DNA of 64,000 nt from Clostridiales bacterium (lineage in GTDB: Bacteria; Bacillota; Clostridia; Caldicoprobacterales; UBA3941). The notes below the pieces were generated by a model that saw only the letters and a program-made list of their open reading frames with translations, was not told where the DNA came from and searched no databases. The position numbers and the translations under genes were made by a program. The DNA lies in NCBI GenBank assembly GCA_012735575.1, contig JAAYGY010000023.1, positions 10,374 through 74,373 on the forward strand. The letters are read 5' to 3'. How positions within the stretch are numbered: the first letter of the stretch is position 1; each line of letters begins with the position of its first letter. Shown in pieces: positions 36,853 through 47,328 of the stretch.

Positions 36853-37935
36853 TTATTTACTGTTTTGCATTAAAGCATAATCTACAACTGCTCCTGCAGC
36901 ATAGAAGAATTCTGGATCATCATCAATCCCCCTTCCCATTGTTGTAGGATTTAATCCATATCTGGTTAATGAGCAGATTATTGTTCTTCCATTTCTTATA
37001 GCTATAGGATGTTTAGATAAAATACCAGATTCTCTAAGTTGCTTCAAAACATAATAGTTCTTTTTGCTATCCATGTAGGGCAGAACGATTGGAACAGGCC
37101 TTATAACCAGTTCTTTAAACATATTGATAAAATGGTGACTAATTCCATAATGACGACTGCGGACATCTTTAAAAGAGATTCTTGGTACAAATAATGCCTG
37201 TGCACTCTTGCTATGACAGAAATCAAGGTAAAATCCTAGTTCTAATCCACTAAATCCAAATGATGTGCCTGTACCCATAATACCAGGCCCCATTGATATT
37301 ATTGATGCATCCATATTTAAAATATTGGTAGCTAGCTGTAGTGCAGTATATATATTTACACATTCATAATCTCCTCCAAATGCATTACCTATAGAAATAA
37401 CTGTATCAAGCAATCCCTTAGATTTTAACAACCTTATATTCTTACTGAACCAAACAGGCAGAGCACCATGATCTGTAATTATACAAGCTATCTTTTTTTT
37501 ATTCTCACTACGAAATTTTATATGGGCACATAAAGGTACAATCATACTGTGTAGTTCTCCGATAAAAATCAGCTTCCTTTTAAGATCAAGCTTTTCATTA
37601 AATTTTTCATGTAATAGGCTATCCTGTTCTTCAGCGAATAGAATATTTATTTGATTAGGCGTATATTTCAATTTCATACCATGACCATACCCAGGTAGTT
37701 TTTGAGAAGTAGGGCTGTTAAAATTGGCCATAATATAATGATATCCTCCTGTACCAAGATTTAATGTAGAGGCTGTCGTGTTAACTAAAACTATGTTACC
37801 TGGATTAACTGGACCTGTCATTTCAATATAATTTATAGCTTTTTTGCAAGGATGATCTATATCAAGGAAGATTTCTTGTATGTATTCTTCGGCCTTTTCT
37901 ATTTTTTTTACTACGGCTTTTTTAAATTCTATCAC
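36853..37935 (-). CDS. DUF3866 family protein
   Basis: VNTTA..LNLGTGGYH, MKLKYTP.Q, ELHSM, GNAFGGDYE.VN and MGPGI.GTG..FGFSG motifs. Confidence 0.85.
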   Translation of the reverse strand: MIEFKKAVVKKIEKAEEYIQEIFLDIDHPCKKAINYIEMTGPVNPGNIVLVNTTASTLNLGTGGYHYIMANFNSPTSQKLPGYGHGMKLKYTPNQINILFAEEQDSLLHEKFNEKLDLKRKLIFIGELHSMIVPLCAHIKFRSENKKKIACIITDHGALPVWFSKNIRLLKSKGLLDTVISIGNAFGGDYECVNIYTALQLATNILNMDASIISMGPGIMGTGTSFGFSGLELGFYLDFCHSKSAQALFVPRISFKDVRSRHYGISHHFINMFKELVIRPVPIVLPYMDSKKNYYVLKQLRESGILSKHPIAIRNGRTIICSLTRYGLNPTTMGRGIDDDPEFFYAAGAVVDYALMQNSK

Positions 37936-37939
37936 TTAA

Positions 37940-38767
37940 TTATGACCTCTCTTTCTTTAGTTGACCAAAACTATCCATATATTTTAACAAAGGTATAGAG
38001 TCTATAATATTAGACAAAGACTTAAATTCGGCAATAATGTGTAAAAATATTAGTATGATAAAAAGAGCATATTTAACTCCAGGATAGGCAGCTTTTAATA
38101 TATAAAACCCTAAAACTCCGCCTAAAAGGTTAGCACCTGTATCTCCCAACATATAAATTTCCTCCATCTCACCTCTTGTATATATTGTAAGACTGCTATA
38201 TATGGGCAATAGAATCCAAATACTTCTTAGTCCAGAGGATACAGATATAAACAATGTAAAAAGAATAAAACCTTTGATACCACGACCAGGTCGTAAATCC
38301 AATAGATTAATAAAATTAACGCATAAACAAAATAATATAGTATTTAAGGCTATATCTATAACATTTGAATAGTAAACTGCTGAAATCAAGGTTCCTATTA
38401 TTACAGAAACTATAAGCTTGATAATTCCAGTAGAAAGTTCCCCTGACATCATACTTTTTATATGTCCTTTAAAACCCTTTGAAGTGCTGGTTTCTAAGGA
38501 ATCATCTATATATCCTATTAATGTCATCGATAATAGCAAAATTATATAGATAAATATGTTATCTAAACCTATTAGCTTCCATAAAGTAAGTGCAGATAGC
38601 ATGCATGGGATAAAAAAAATAAGCCCTGCTCCATTAATCACATCCCTGCCTGAATAATTAGTTACAATCATATTCTTTTTATACAGTGTTTCTATAAGCC
38701 TAGGCTTTATATATAGAGTAAGAACTAATGCAGTTATGATAGATATAAGATGCAAAAAAGCACTCAC
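37940..38767 (-). CDS. MraY/WecA-like (GT4) membrane protein
   Basis: Multi-TM protein with GYIDD, NFINLLDLRPGR and MLGDTGANLLG motifs. Confidence 0.78.
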   Translation of the reverse strand: MSAFLHLISIITALVLTLYIKPRLIETLYKKNMIVTNYSGRDVINGAGLIFFIPCMLSALTLWKLIGLDNIFIYIILLLSMTLIGYIDDSLETSTSKGFKGHIKSMMSGELSTGIIKLIVSVIIGTLISAVYYSNVIDIALNTILFCLCVNFINLLDLRPGRGIKGFILFTLFISVSSGLRSIWILLPIYSSLTIYTRGEMEEIYMLGDTGANLLGGVLGFYILKAAYPGVKYALFIILIFLHIIAEFKSLSNIIDSIPLLKYMDSFGQLKKERS

Positions 38768-39465
38768 TGATTTGCCTCCTCTTGATAAAGAGTTCTTAGT
38801 TTTTTTTGCAATACTACTATCAAAATATCAAAAAATTGTTTCCCTCGATGAACAAATCCTTTATAGTCTCTGCCAGTGATTCTGTGACTAATATCTATTG
38901 GTACCTCTAAGATACGCAAATTTCTTTGTACAAGATCAACAGTCATACCAAACTCAATTCCATATCTTTTATAGTTTAATAGATCCTTGTCCAATACTTC
39001 TCTTTTAAAAGCTCGCTGACCAGACAATATACTAGAGCATTTTTTACCTGTTAAATATTCAAATGCTCTTTGAGCTAGTCTTCTAACTATTCCAAATCCC
39101 CCTTTACCAGGTGTAGGAGCTATTTTACCTATGGTCACTTCAGCCTTATTTTCTAATAAAGGGTATACTAGCTTTGTGACTTCCTTAGCAGTTGCACCAA
39201 TATCGGCATCTAAAAATACTATTATTGAGTTGTCCAGATGATCTATTCCCTCTTTTAAAGCATATCCTTTGCCTCTATTTTTATTTAGAGTTATAAGCTT
39301 TACTCCTTCCTTTTTTGCAATTTCTCCAGTTCTGTCCACAGATCCATCATCGATAACCAATATATCTTTGACTAAATCTATTTTTTTAAGAGCCTTAAGG
39401 GTGGCTCCTAAACGATCTTCTTCGTTATAAGCAGGGATTATTATCCCTATATCTTTTCTATACAT
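38764..39465 (-). CDS. family 2 glycosyltransferase
   Basis: IIPAYNEE, VIDDGS.D, NRGKG.A, FLDAD and SGQRAF motifs. Confidence 0.9.
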   Translation of the reverse strand: MYRKDIGIIIPAYNEEDRLGATLKALKKIDLVKDILVIDDGSVDRTGEIAKKEGVKLITLNKNRGKGYALKEGIDHLDNSIIVFLDADIGATAKEVTKLVYPLLENKAEVTIGKIAPTPGKGGFGIVRRLAQRAFEYLTGKKCSSILSGQRAFKREVLDKDLLNYKRYGIEFGMTVDLVQRNLRILEVPIDISHRITGRDYKGFVHRGKQFFDILIVVLQKKLRTLYQEEANQ

Positions 39466-39486
39466 TTTCTTCCTCCATTTAACATG

Positions 39487-40407
39487 CTATTCTATTTCTC
39501 CAAACTCTTCTTTATCATAATACGTGTTATAGGGGAACAGCTCTTCTGGTAAAATACCTTGGCTACCTTCTCTATATCCATAGTTTCCTGTATTTCCATA
39601 GAGCAAGGATATTAGACAAAGTTTTCCATACAAAGTATTAACATGGTCAACAGTGGAAATACCTATTTTTTTATATTGATTTGCATCAATAAAACTAGTG
39701 TCCTGATTTTCAACAATAATTATGGGAATATTATTTTCTTTACATAATCCTATAAATTTTTTATTAAATTGATCTATATTTTTCTTGCTGCTACTTTTAT
39801 CATTACAGGCTAATATAATAACATCGAAGTTATTATTAATACCAATGGAGCTGCGTAATAGGTTTAATTCATCCAATTCTTTACATAATGGTGTATAGGA
39901 TCCCATATAAAAGCTGTTCATAAGATTTTTTGCTAATTCAGAGTATAATTGGGATTTATCTTCACCTATCTGAGTTGAAGCAAATATTGCACCATTTATT
40001 GGTTGATTATCTTCAAAAAGCTTTGAAGCAAAGGTTATGCTTGACTCAATGGAAGCACCTGAAATCTTTAATAGGCCGATGATGCTGGAAAAATCGCCCT
40101 GGTCACCTAGTTCTACCAAGCTAACCTTTAGGCCATCTAGCTTATTTTTTACAATGGCATTGAATATCAGTTCATTTATTTTCTTACTTTCTCTTTCAGA
40201 TTCCTCTAAAGATGCAAGGGATTCTTTTAGTTGATGATTTTCACTGCGGATAGCTACAAACTCTTCTTCTAATCTTTGTGCTATTATACTGTGCTGGTTT
40301 TCTAATACATCCTTATTTTCCAGAGAAATTCCAATAATAATGCCTAAGCCTAAAGACAAAAAAACGCTTATTAATAATATAAGATAGTATTTCATATTCA
40401 ACATCAA
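39487..40407 (-). CDS. SteB/MctB-like (DUF3186, 'copper transporter') protein
   Basis: N-terminal YY...LISVFLSLGLGIIIG TM, coiled coil and C-terminal STVDHVNT..GK...G.YG; downstream of steA. Confidence 0.8.
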   Translation of the reverse strand: MMLNMKYYLILLISVFLSLGLGIIIGISLENKDVLENQHSIIAQRLEEEFVAIRSENHQLKESLASLEESERESKKINELIFNAIVKNKLDGLKVSLVELGDQGDFSSIIGLLKISGASIESSITFASKLFEDNQPINGAIFASTQIGEDKSQLYSELAKNLMNSFYMGSYTPLCKELDELNLLRSSIGINNNFDVIILACNDKSSSKKNIDQFNKKFIGLCKENNIPIIIVENQDTSFIDANQYKKIGISTVDHVNTLYGKLCLISLLYGNTGNYGYREGSQGILPEELFPYNTYYDKEEFGEIE

Positions 40408-40436
40408 AGTCCACCTTTAAGTCAAGTTTTGAGATT

Positions 40437-41558
40437 TTATAATCCTAAAAGTATCCTTACACGCAAAGATACCAATTGATATAATTCCTTTAGTATAGGA
40501 GACGATTTTGCCACAATTGTTAAAGGGAACAGCACCGCTAAAAATAAAGCAGCAATATAACCTGGTTTCAATCGATTCTTATATAATTCGCTTACTCCTT
40601 TAGCGTCAACTACCTTGTGACCTACTTTCATTTGCACTAGCATGGTACTAGCCATACCAGGTCTGCCCTTTTCTAAAAAATCAATCATGTTGTTATGACT
40701 ACCTACTGTTACTATTAATTCAGCATTTTTTTCATATGCAAGAATTAAAGCTGCATCTTCACTAGTACCTACAAAAGGAAATTTTACAGCTTTTAACCCT
40801 AAATTATCAATTCGTTTCATTCCTGGGCAGCTCCCATCTGGATAAGCATGAACAATAATTTCACTACATGTTTTTAGACAACTATCACTAACACTATCCA
40901 TATCTCCTATAATGATGTCTGGATGGTAGCCGAAATCTAAAAGGGCATCCCCTCCTCCATCTACTCCTATCATGACTGGATTCACTTCTTCAATATAGGT
41001 ACGTATAGCCTTGAGATCTTCAAGATAATTATTACCCCTGATCACAATTAGTACATGACGCCCCTCAATGTTGGTATATATATTTGGTAATGTTACGGGG
41101 CTTATTATTAGCTCTTTCTCTTTTTTGGCATAATCTAAAGTGTTTTCAACAAAACTATTTAAAACATACCAGAGATTAGTGCTAGCTTCCTTCATTTTCA
41201 ATTCAATGTCTTCTTGTGTCAATAGTTTTATATCGCACAAATATGATCCATTTACTTTTAACTGATTTTCATCAATTTCTAAGAAGTCATTATTGGATAT
41301 CTTGTCAAAGGCTTCCTGACCTATATTATCAATTATAGGAATACCTGCATTAATTAGAATTTTAGGTCCTCTATTTGGATATTTACCACTGGCTGAGGAA
41401 ACTGCATTTATCACTGCCTTTACTTTCTTTTCAACTAATTGTATTGCTGCCACTCCATCGATATCCATATGATGAATGACAGCAATATCATTTGGTGACA
41501 ATTGAGATATAAGGGCTTTAGTTCTGGTATTCTTTTTTGCTCTCCCTTTAATTAACAT
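40437..41558 (-). CDS. steA: SteA-like putative cytokinetic ring protein (thiamine pyrophosphokinase-like domain)
   Basis: IGVDGG.DAL, IIGDMDSVSD, GTSED.A and FLEKGRPGMAST....KVG.K.VDAKGVSELY motifs; C-terminal TM. Confidence 0.82.
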   Translation of the reverse strand: MLIKGRAKKNTRTKALISQLSPNDIAVIHHMDIDGVAAIQLVEKKVKAVINAVSSASGKYPNRGPKILINAGIPIIDNIGQEAFDKISNNDFLEIDENQLKVNGSYLCDIKLLTQEDIELKMKEASTNLWYVLNSFVENTLDYAKKEKELIISPVTLPNIYTNIEGRHVLIVIRGNNYLEDLKAIRTYIEEVNPVMIGVDGGGDALLDFGYHPDIIIGDMDSVSDSCLKTCSEIIVHAYPDGSCPGMKRIDNLGLKAVKFPFVGTSEDAALILAYEKNAELIVTVGSHNNMIDFLEKGRPGMASTMLVQMKVGHKVVDAKGVSELYKNRLKPGYIAALFLAVLFPLTIVAKSSPILKELYQLVSLRVRILLGL

Positions 41559-41589
41559 TTCCCCCACCTCGTTCTTAATTCCTACTATC

Positions 41590-41618
41590 TATCATTTACA
41601 TATTATTGCTAATTATTC
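41590..41618 (-). promoter_or_regulatory. candidate SigG-like promoter of the steA operon
   Basis: GAATA-N17-AATGATA, one mismatch to MAWAMTA. Confidence 0.35.
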
Positions 41619-41620
41619 AC

Positions 41621-41648
41621 AAAAAAACAGCCCCATTTTTGAGGCTGT
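41621..41648 (-). terminator. terminator after spo0A
   Basis: ACAGCC...GGCTGT followed by T-tract. Confidence 0.75.
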
Positions 41649-41664
41649 CTCTTGATATTGGATA

Positions 41665-42489
41665 TTATCCTATATTTCTCGACTGCATTCTTAATTTATC
41701 TGCTACCATAGCAATAAATTCACCATTAGTTGGTTTCCCTTTTTCGTCATGAATAGTATAGCCAAAGAGTTTGTTTATAGTTTCTATACGACCGCGGCTC
41801 CAAGCTACTTCAATGGCATGCCGTATTGCTCTTTCTACTCTACTAGGAGTAGTATTAAATTTTTTTGCTATACCAGGGTACAATTCTTTTGTTATACCGT
41901 TCAAAAGTTCTACATCTTTTACTACCATGAAAATGGCTTCCCTTAAATATTGGTATCCTTTAATATGTGCAGGTACTCCTACTTCATGAATTATATTGGT
42001 TATATCGGATTCTAAGGAATTATTTCTGTTAACCGTATTAACAGGCTGATATGGGATTTCAGGGTTTTCCATTATCATACTGGTAGCACGTCGTTGTATT
42101 TCATGATCTAAGTCATGAGTTATTTCTCTTACACGTTTTACCAATAATTCTAAATCAAAGGGCTTAACAATATAGTAATCAGCACCCATTAATATGGCCC
42201 TTTGTGTTATTTTGTCTTGTCCCACAGCTGAAAGTATAATTATTTTTGGATATGAATCTAATTTTTTCTGATTTAATTTTTCTAGTACACCTAAACCATC
42301 TAGATGAGGCATAATGATATCCAGTATAACTACGTCAGGATTTGATTGCAATATCATATCAATAGTTTGTAAACCATCGTTAGCAACTCCGACAACTTCT
42401 AAATCCCCCTGTTTTTGTAAATACTCACTGATTATATCACAAAAATCCTTGTTATCATCAGCAATTAGAACTGATATTTTTTCTTTCAT
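41665..42489 (-). CDS. spo0A: sporulation master regulator Spo0A
   Basis: Receiver domain [10 protein letters not shown]...[38 protein letters not shown] and KPTN.EFIA motifs. Confidence 0.98.
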   Translation of the reverse strand: MKEKISVLIADDNKDFCDIISEYLQKQGDLEVVGVANDGLQTIDMILQSNPDVVILDIIMPHLDGLGVLEKLNQKKLDSYPKIIILSAVGQDKITQRAILMGADYYIVKPFDLELLVKRVREITHDLDHEIQRRATSMIMENPEIPYQPVNTVNRNNSLESDITNIIHEVGVPAHIKGYQYLREAIFMVVKDVELLNGITKELYPGIAKKFNTTPSRVERAIRHAIEVAWSRGRIETINKLFGYTIHDEKGKPTNGEFIAMVADKLRMQSRNIG

Positions 42490-42624
42490 ATTGTTAACCC
42501 CCCATAATCTTTAAATAACTTATTTAACATATAAATGGATACCAAAGGTGAAAAATAGAAGAATATTGGAATTCTGAGTGATTTAATACCAACAAGATGA
42601 TTATTTATAAGCTCTTTTAAATAT

Positions 42625-42659
42625 ATTCGACAATGAACTGTATTTTCCTTCCTGTCGAT
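42625..42659 (-). promoter_or_regulatory. SigH promoter of spo0A with 0A boxes
   Basis: AGGA(42649-46)-N17-GAAT(42628-25). 0A box TGTCGAA at 42626-42632 (minus strand) overlaps the -10; near-match TGTCGAT at 42653-42659. Confidence 0.8.
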
Positions 42660-42698
42660 ATTAAAATATTTGCCTAGTTTATAACTTCAAAACATTGA

Positions 42699-44003
42699 TT
42701 AATTATGATCAATTATTTTATTGGATTCCTCCAGCATCCATTCAATAAATATCCCATATCCTTTTTTAGGATCATTAACAAATACGTGAGTGATGGCGCC
42801 TACTATTTTCCCATTTTGAATAATAGGACTTCCACTCATCCCCTGTACTATTCCTCCCGTACGCTCTAGTAGTAATGGATCTTTGATTTCAATCACCATT
42901 CCTTTTGCACTTGCTTTATCCTGATAATTTATCTTTTGAATCTCAACATCAAACTCCTTAATTCCTTCTTCATCAATAGTAGACAATATTTTGGCTGGCC
43001 CTAACTTAACATCATGTTGATAGCATATAGGGATAGGTTCCCCTAATATGTTTGGATTAAAGTTTTTATTCATCTTACCATATATTCCATACTGCGTATT
43101 CTTAAGTATATCTCCAATAACCTTCTGTTTGTTAGAGAAGGCGGCTTTAAGCTCTCCCGGATTTCCCTTTTCACCTTGTTTAATATCAATTATTTTGGAT
43201 TCCATTATTTCACCGTTTTTTATGGATAGCATAGTTCCAGTATCTACATCTGTAATAGCATGTCCTAATGCACCAAAATTATTTTTTTCTGCATCATAGA
43301 AAGTTAGTGTTCCAACACCTGCTGTACTATCCCTGACCCATATTCCTAGCCTAAATTTACCATCATGATAGTCCTGGACAGGCATTATATTTGTTATAAA
43401 AATTTGGTTACCTCTAATTATTTCTAATTCTAAGCCTTGGTGTTTAGCAATATTAACTAAGTCAGAAAGATGTTGTGCATTTTTTACCTGTATTCCATTT
43501 ACCTTATCTATTATATCACCTGGTCTCAATCCTGCATCCAATGCAGGATTATGTGCTATACCTTCCTTATCGTAGAATTCTGATATTCCGACTAATAATG
43601 CTCCTTTAGTATATAAAGATACTCCTATAGAACTACCACCTGGATATAGTTTTTTTGGTGGATTTACCTTTACTTGTATATTCTTTATTGGTATTAGACC
43701 AAATAGTTTAAAATCCAAGGAGACATCCCCTTGATTTATAGGTTCTATAAGCAAGGATTCTCCTGGCTCATATATATATTGATCTTTTAAGGAATTTCCA
43801 TTGAATTTTAGTACATTAATATTATCTCCTTCAATTTTTACAGGTAAGGGCATTTGCAACTGTAAAGTTTTTGTGTCACCTAAAAAAATATGAATTTGTG
43901 TAGGAAGTCGTTTAATATCTTGAACATAAGGCGAATAATTTAATAATAAAAATAACAAAGCTAAAATGATGCCCAATAGTTTTTTTGTTGATGACTTAGC
44001 CAT
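42699..44003 (-). CDS. spoIVB: SpoIVB peptidase S55
   Basis: PGG.SIGV, PDZ domain, WVRDSTAGVGTLTF, ALGHAITD and TGGIVQGMSGSPIIQ motifs. Confidence 0.97.
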   Translation of the reverse strand: MAKSSTKKLLGIILALLFLLLNYSPYVQDIKRLPTQIHIFLGDTKTLQLQMPLPVKIEGDNINVLKFNGNSLKDQYIYEPGESLLIEPINQGDVSLDFKLFGLIPIKNIQVKVNPPKKLYPGGSSIGVSLYTKGALLVGISEFYDKEGIAHNPALDAGLRPGDIIDKVNGIQVKNAQHLSDLVNIAKHQGLELEIIRGNQIFITNIMPVQDYHDGKFRLGIWVRDSTAGVGTLTFYDAEKNNFGALGHAITDVDTGTMLSIKNGEIMESKIIDIKQGEKGNPGELKAAFSNKQKVIGDILKNTQYGIYGKMNKNFNPNILGEPIPICYQHDVKLGPAKILSTIDEEGIKEFDVEIQKINYQDKASAKGMVIEIKDPLLLERTGGIVQGMSGSPIIQNGKIVGAITHVFVNDPKKGYGIFIEWMLEESNKIIDHN

Positions 44004-44066
44004 ATTCTGGTATTCTCCTGTCTTACCTTTAATTTTGATGCTTTTTTAATTTTATATAAATTAAGA

Positions 44067-44095
44067 TAACCCCATAAAAGTGATTTATACTAGTT
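44067..44095 (-). promoter_or_regulatory. candidate SigF/SigG promoter of spoIVB
   Basis: GTATA followed after ~14 nt by GGTTATCTTA; imperfect. Coordinates approximate. Confidence 0.3.
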
Positions 44096-44114
44096 AAGAA
44101 TGCGTAAAAGAGAC

Positions 44115-44142
44115 AAAAAAAGAAAAGGGAGTTACCCTTTTC
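44115..44142 (-). terminator. terminator after recN
   Basis: GAAAAGGG-5nt-CCCTTTTC followed by T-tract. Confidence 0.7.
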
Positions 44143-44172
44143 CAAAATAAATCTAATTATGATCAAATTTTT

Positions 44173-45906
44173 TTAAACAATTTTTCTTTTGTATTCTTGT
44201 GCCATACGAATCAACTCAGATGCATGTTTCATGTTAATTTTTGATAAAGTCTTACCTCCTGTCATCCTAGCTATCTCCTCTTGCCGCTGCTTATTATTAA
44301 GTTTATTTGCTATAGTTCTAGTATGCTTGTCCATATATAACTTTTCGATTTTATAATGACTATCCGCCATCGCGGCAATCTGAGGAAGATGAGTTACGCA
44401 TATAACCTGTCTGGTTCGGGATATATTCCCCATTTTTTCTCCAACCACATGTGCTATATTACCACTTATTCCTACATCTATCTCATCAAATATTAGAGTA
44501 GGAATATCATCGACTTGTGCTAATATGGTTTTGAAAGCTAGCATGATACGAGACATTTCACCGCCGGATACTATTTTACTTAAAGGTTTAACAGGTTCTC
44601 CTGGATTAGTAGAAATCATAAACTCTATCATATCATAACCATTAGGAGTTAATCTATCTTTAATTTCTAAAGTATCCGATAAATTATCTATGGATTCTAT
44701 ATTAACCTTAAATAAAGCCTTTTCCATTCCAAGTTCTGTCAGCTGATCTTGCAATTGATCTTCAAAGATTTTGGCAGTTTCTTTACGATACTTCGATAGA
44801 ATGTGACAGGCTTCGAGTAATTCATTAAAAATATCTTCTTCTTGTTTTAATAACTTACCTAGAATCTCCTGACTGTTTTCTAAAGTATTCAGTTCTTCTT
44901 TAATATTATCTAAATACGAGAAAATATCACTTATATTGGGTCCATATTTTCGCTTTAGGCTCCTTATAGTTTCTAAACGTTTTTCTATTTCGTCTAGTCG
45001 ATAGGGGTCATGTTCAAACTCATCTCTATAATTTCTTACTTCAAACACTATGTCTTCTAACAGATAAAATATCTCTTCCAATCTCTGGTTTAGGGAAGAT
45101 AAAATTGGATCAATATCAGCAATTTGTTTAAATTGAGATACAGCATTTCCAATAACATCAAAAGCAGAATGATAGCTATTAGAGCCTGAGTAAATGTCCT
45201 GATAAACAGAATTAATAACACTTATAATTCTTTCTGCATTATTCAATCTATCACGTTCATGTATTAAACCCTCTTCTTCGTCTTCTTTTAAGTTGGCACT
45301 TTCAATTTCATTTATCTGGTATTGAAGTATATCTTTCCGTCTTTCACCATCTAATTCTAGATGAGATAGTTTCTTAATTTTTCTATGAATTTCTTTCCAA
45401 GAATCATATAGTTCCTTTACCTTTTCCTTAGCTTGGGAAAGCTTTGCTCCTCCCAACATATCCAATAGCTCCCTATGCTCCTCAACTCTTAGTAAAGATT
45501 GATGTTCATGCTGTCCATGAATATCAACTAGAAACTTACTGATATTCTTTAGTATTGAAAGAGTAACTATTCTACCGTTAATCCTACATATATTTTTTCC
45601 ACCTGCAGATAACTCTCTTACTAACAATAAACTACCATCTTGTTCCATTTCTATTCCCAAATCATCTAAAACTTGAGTCATATGGGGATGATTTGATATG
45701 TCAAATAAGGCTTCAACTAAAGCATAATCTTTACCTGTTTGTATTAGATCTCTATCAGCCCTATCTCCTAAAATTAGGTTGACTGCATCAATAATTATAG
45801 ACTTACCGGCACCAGTTTCACCAGTAAGTATATTTAGCCCTTTATCAAAATCCAAATTAATGTGATCTATTAAAGCGAGATTTTTTACAGACAAATGCAT
45901 GAGCAT
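44173..45906 (-). CDS. recN: DNA repair protein RecN
   Basis: LTGETGAGKSII, DIHGQHEHQ, SGGEMSR and IFDEID...VICVTHLPQIAA motifs. Confidence 0.97.
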   Translation of the reverse strand: MLMHLSVKNLALIDHINLDFDKGLNILTGETGAGKSIIIDAVNLILGDRADRDLIQTGKDYALVEALFDISNHPHMTQVLDDLGIEMEQDGSLLLVRELSAGGKNICRINGRIVTLSILKNISKFLVDIHGQHEHQSLLRVEEHRELLDMLGGAKLSQAKEKVKELYDSWKEIHRKIKKLSHLELDGERRKDILQYQINEIESANLKEDEEEGLIHERDRLNNAERIISVINSVYQDIYSGSNSYHSAFDVIGNAVSQFKQIADIDPILSSLNQRLEEIFYLLEDIVFEVRNYRDEFEHDPYRLDEIEKRLETIRSLKRKYGPNISDIFSYLDNIKEELNTLENSQEILGKLLKQEEDIFNELLEACHILSKYRKETAKIFEDQLQDQLTELGMEKALFKVNIESIDNLSDTLEIKDRLTPNGYDMIEFMISTNPGEPVKPLSKIVSGGEMSRIMLAFKTILAQVDDIPTLIFDEIDVGISGNIAHVVGEKMGNISRTRQVICVTHLPQIAAMADSHYKIEKLYMDKHTRTIANKLNNKQRQEEIARMTGGKTLSKINMKHASELIRMAQEYKRKIV

Positions 45907-45964
45907 GTGACAGCCCCCCCAAAAATCGTCTTTTTGGACTATCTCATAATTCTAAATAACCCGT

Positions 45965-46417
45965 TTATCTCTGTATTAATTTATTAAAACGATCTATAAC
46001 CTCTATTACTGATTCGTTCTCTCGAATAACCACCATGATTGTATCATCGCCAGCAATAGATCCTACGATTTCTTTCCAATTAAGTGCATCTATTGCTGAT
46101 GCGGCTGCTTGCGCACTCCCCGCAAGAGTTTTTATAACTACTAGGTTATTAGCATGGTCAATTGATAATACTGATTCAGCAAATACACGTATTAGCTTTG
46201 GTGAGATATCTACATTGTTGCTATCAATAACGGCATATTTATATACTCCTGAAGGAGCCAGCACTTTGACTAAGCGGAGTTCTTTAATATCTCTGGAAAC
46301 AGTAGCTTGGGTAACATCTATCCCTTCTTTTCGCAATTCTTCTGCTAATTCCTCTTGGGTTTCTATGTCTTTTTTTTCGATAATCTCTAATATTTTAGAA
46401 TGGCGGTTATATTTCAT
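45965..46417 (-). CDS. argR: arginine repressor
   Basis: TQEEL...[13 protein letters not shown] and G.IAGDDTI motifs. ATG 46417 follows GGAGGT. Confidence 0.96.
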   Translation of the reverse strand: MKYNRHSKILEIIEKKDIETQEELAEELRKEGIDVTQATVSRDIKELRLVKVLAPSGVYKYAVIDSNNVDISPKLIRVFAESVLSIDHANNLVVIKTLAGSAQAAASAIDALNWKEIVGSIAGDDTIMVVIRENESVIEVIDRFNKLIQR

Positions 46418-46472
46418 TTTGGATAATACCTCCATTATTTTCTTTATTTTATTATATCATTATTTATTGCCA

Positions 46473-47318
46473 TTATTTTGTTATCTTTTCGTGAACTAAA
46501 TCAAAAAAATTCTGATCCTTAGTACGCAGTAACTGCACATAAATATCGGCCTTTTTCACAAAAAGCTTATCACCAGCGGAAAGTATTGTTTCAGCTTGAC
46601 CGTCAGCAGTTAAGGTAATATTGCGGTTCTGGCTTATAACCTCAATCTCCACTATATCGTTACTGTTGGTTATAATTGATCTTGCATTTAGAGAGTGAGG
46701 GCATATAGGCGTAAGAATAAGGCATTCCAGACTTGGGTTTACGATGGGACCTCCAGCAGAAAGTGAGTATGCAGTAGAACCAGTTGGACTAGAAACTAAT
46801 AGACCGTCTCCTGAATAACTGTTTATCTCATGACCATTTATACTTGCCTTAAGATGAATAATTCTGGAAACCAGCTCTTTCATTATGCCTATATCATTAA
46901 AAGCAAGAAAAGTATGATGTTCCTTCTTGTCTCTAACTACTGTTCCACAAAGCATCATTCTTTTTTCAATATAATAGTGGTTTTCCTTTAGTGCTAACAA
47001 AGCTTCTTCTGCACAAGTCAAATCTGTATCTGTCAGAAATCCCAGGTTTCCCATATTAATTCCTATTATAGGCTTGTTAAACTTAGCTGCCTGTCGTGCT
47101 GCCTGAAGCAAAGTACCATCGCCACCTAGAGAGATAATAATATCAGATTTTAAAAAAAACTCATCACCTTCAGCAGGTATACCTTTATTAATAAGATTAC
47201 ATATGTGGGGCGCTACCAATACTTCAATATCTAAGTTATTTGCAGTTTCCACTATCCAGCTGGTCTTTATTCCCTGGGCATCTTTTGACAAATTAGTGAA
47301 AAGTCCTATTCGTTTCAA
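46473..47318 (-). CDS. nadK: NAD(+) kinase
   Basis: LGGDGTLL, GNLGFL, FND and DGL.VSSPTGSTAYSLSAGGP motifs. Confidence 0.95.
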   Translation of the reverse strand: MKRIGLFTNLSKDAQGIKTSWIVETANNLDIEVLVAPHICNLINKGIPAEGDEFFLKSDIIISLGGDGTLLQAARQAAKFNKPIIGINMGNLGFLTDTDLTCAEEALLALKENHYYIEKRMMLCGTVVRDKKEHHTFLAFNDIGIMKELVSRIIHLKASINGHEINSYSGDGLLVSSPTGSTAYSLSAGGPIVNPSLECLILTPICPHSLNARSIITNSNDIVEIEVISQNRNITLTADGQAETILSAGDKLFVKKADIYVQLLRTKDQNFFDLVHEKITK

Positions 47319-47328
47319 ATAAATCCCC

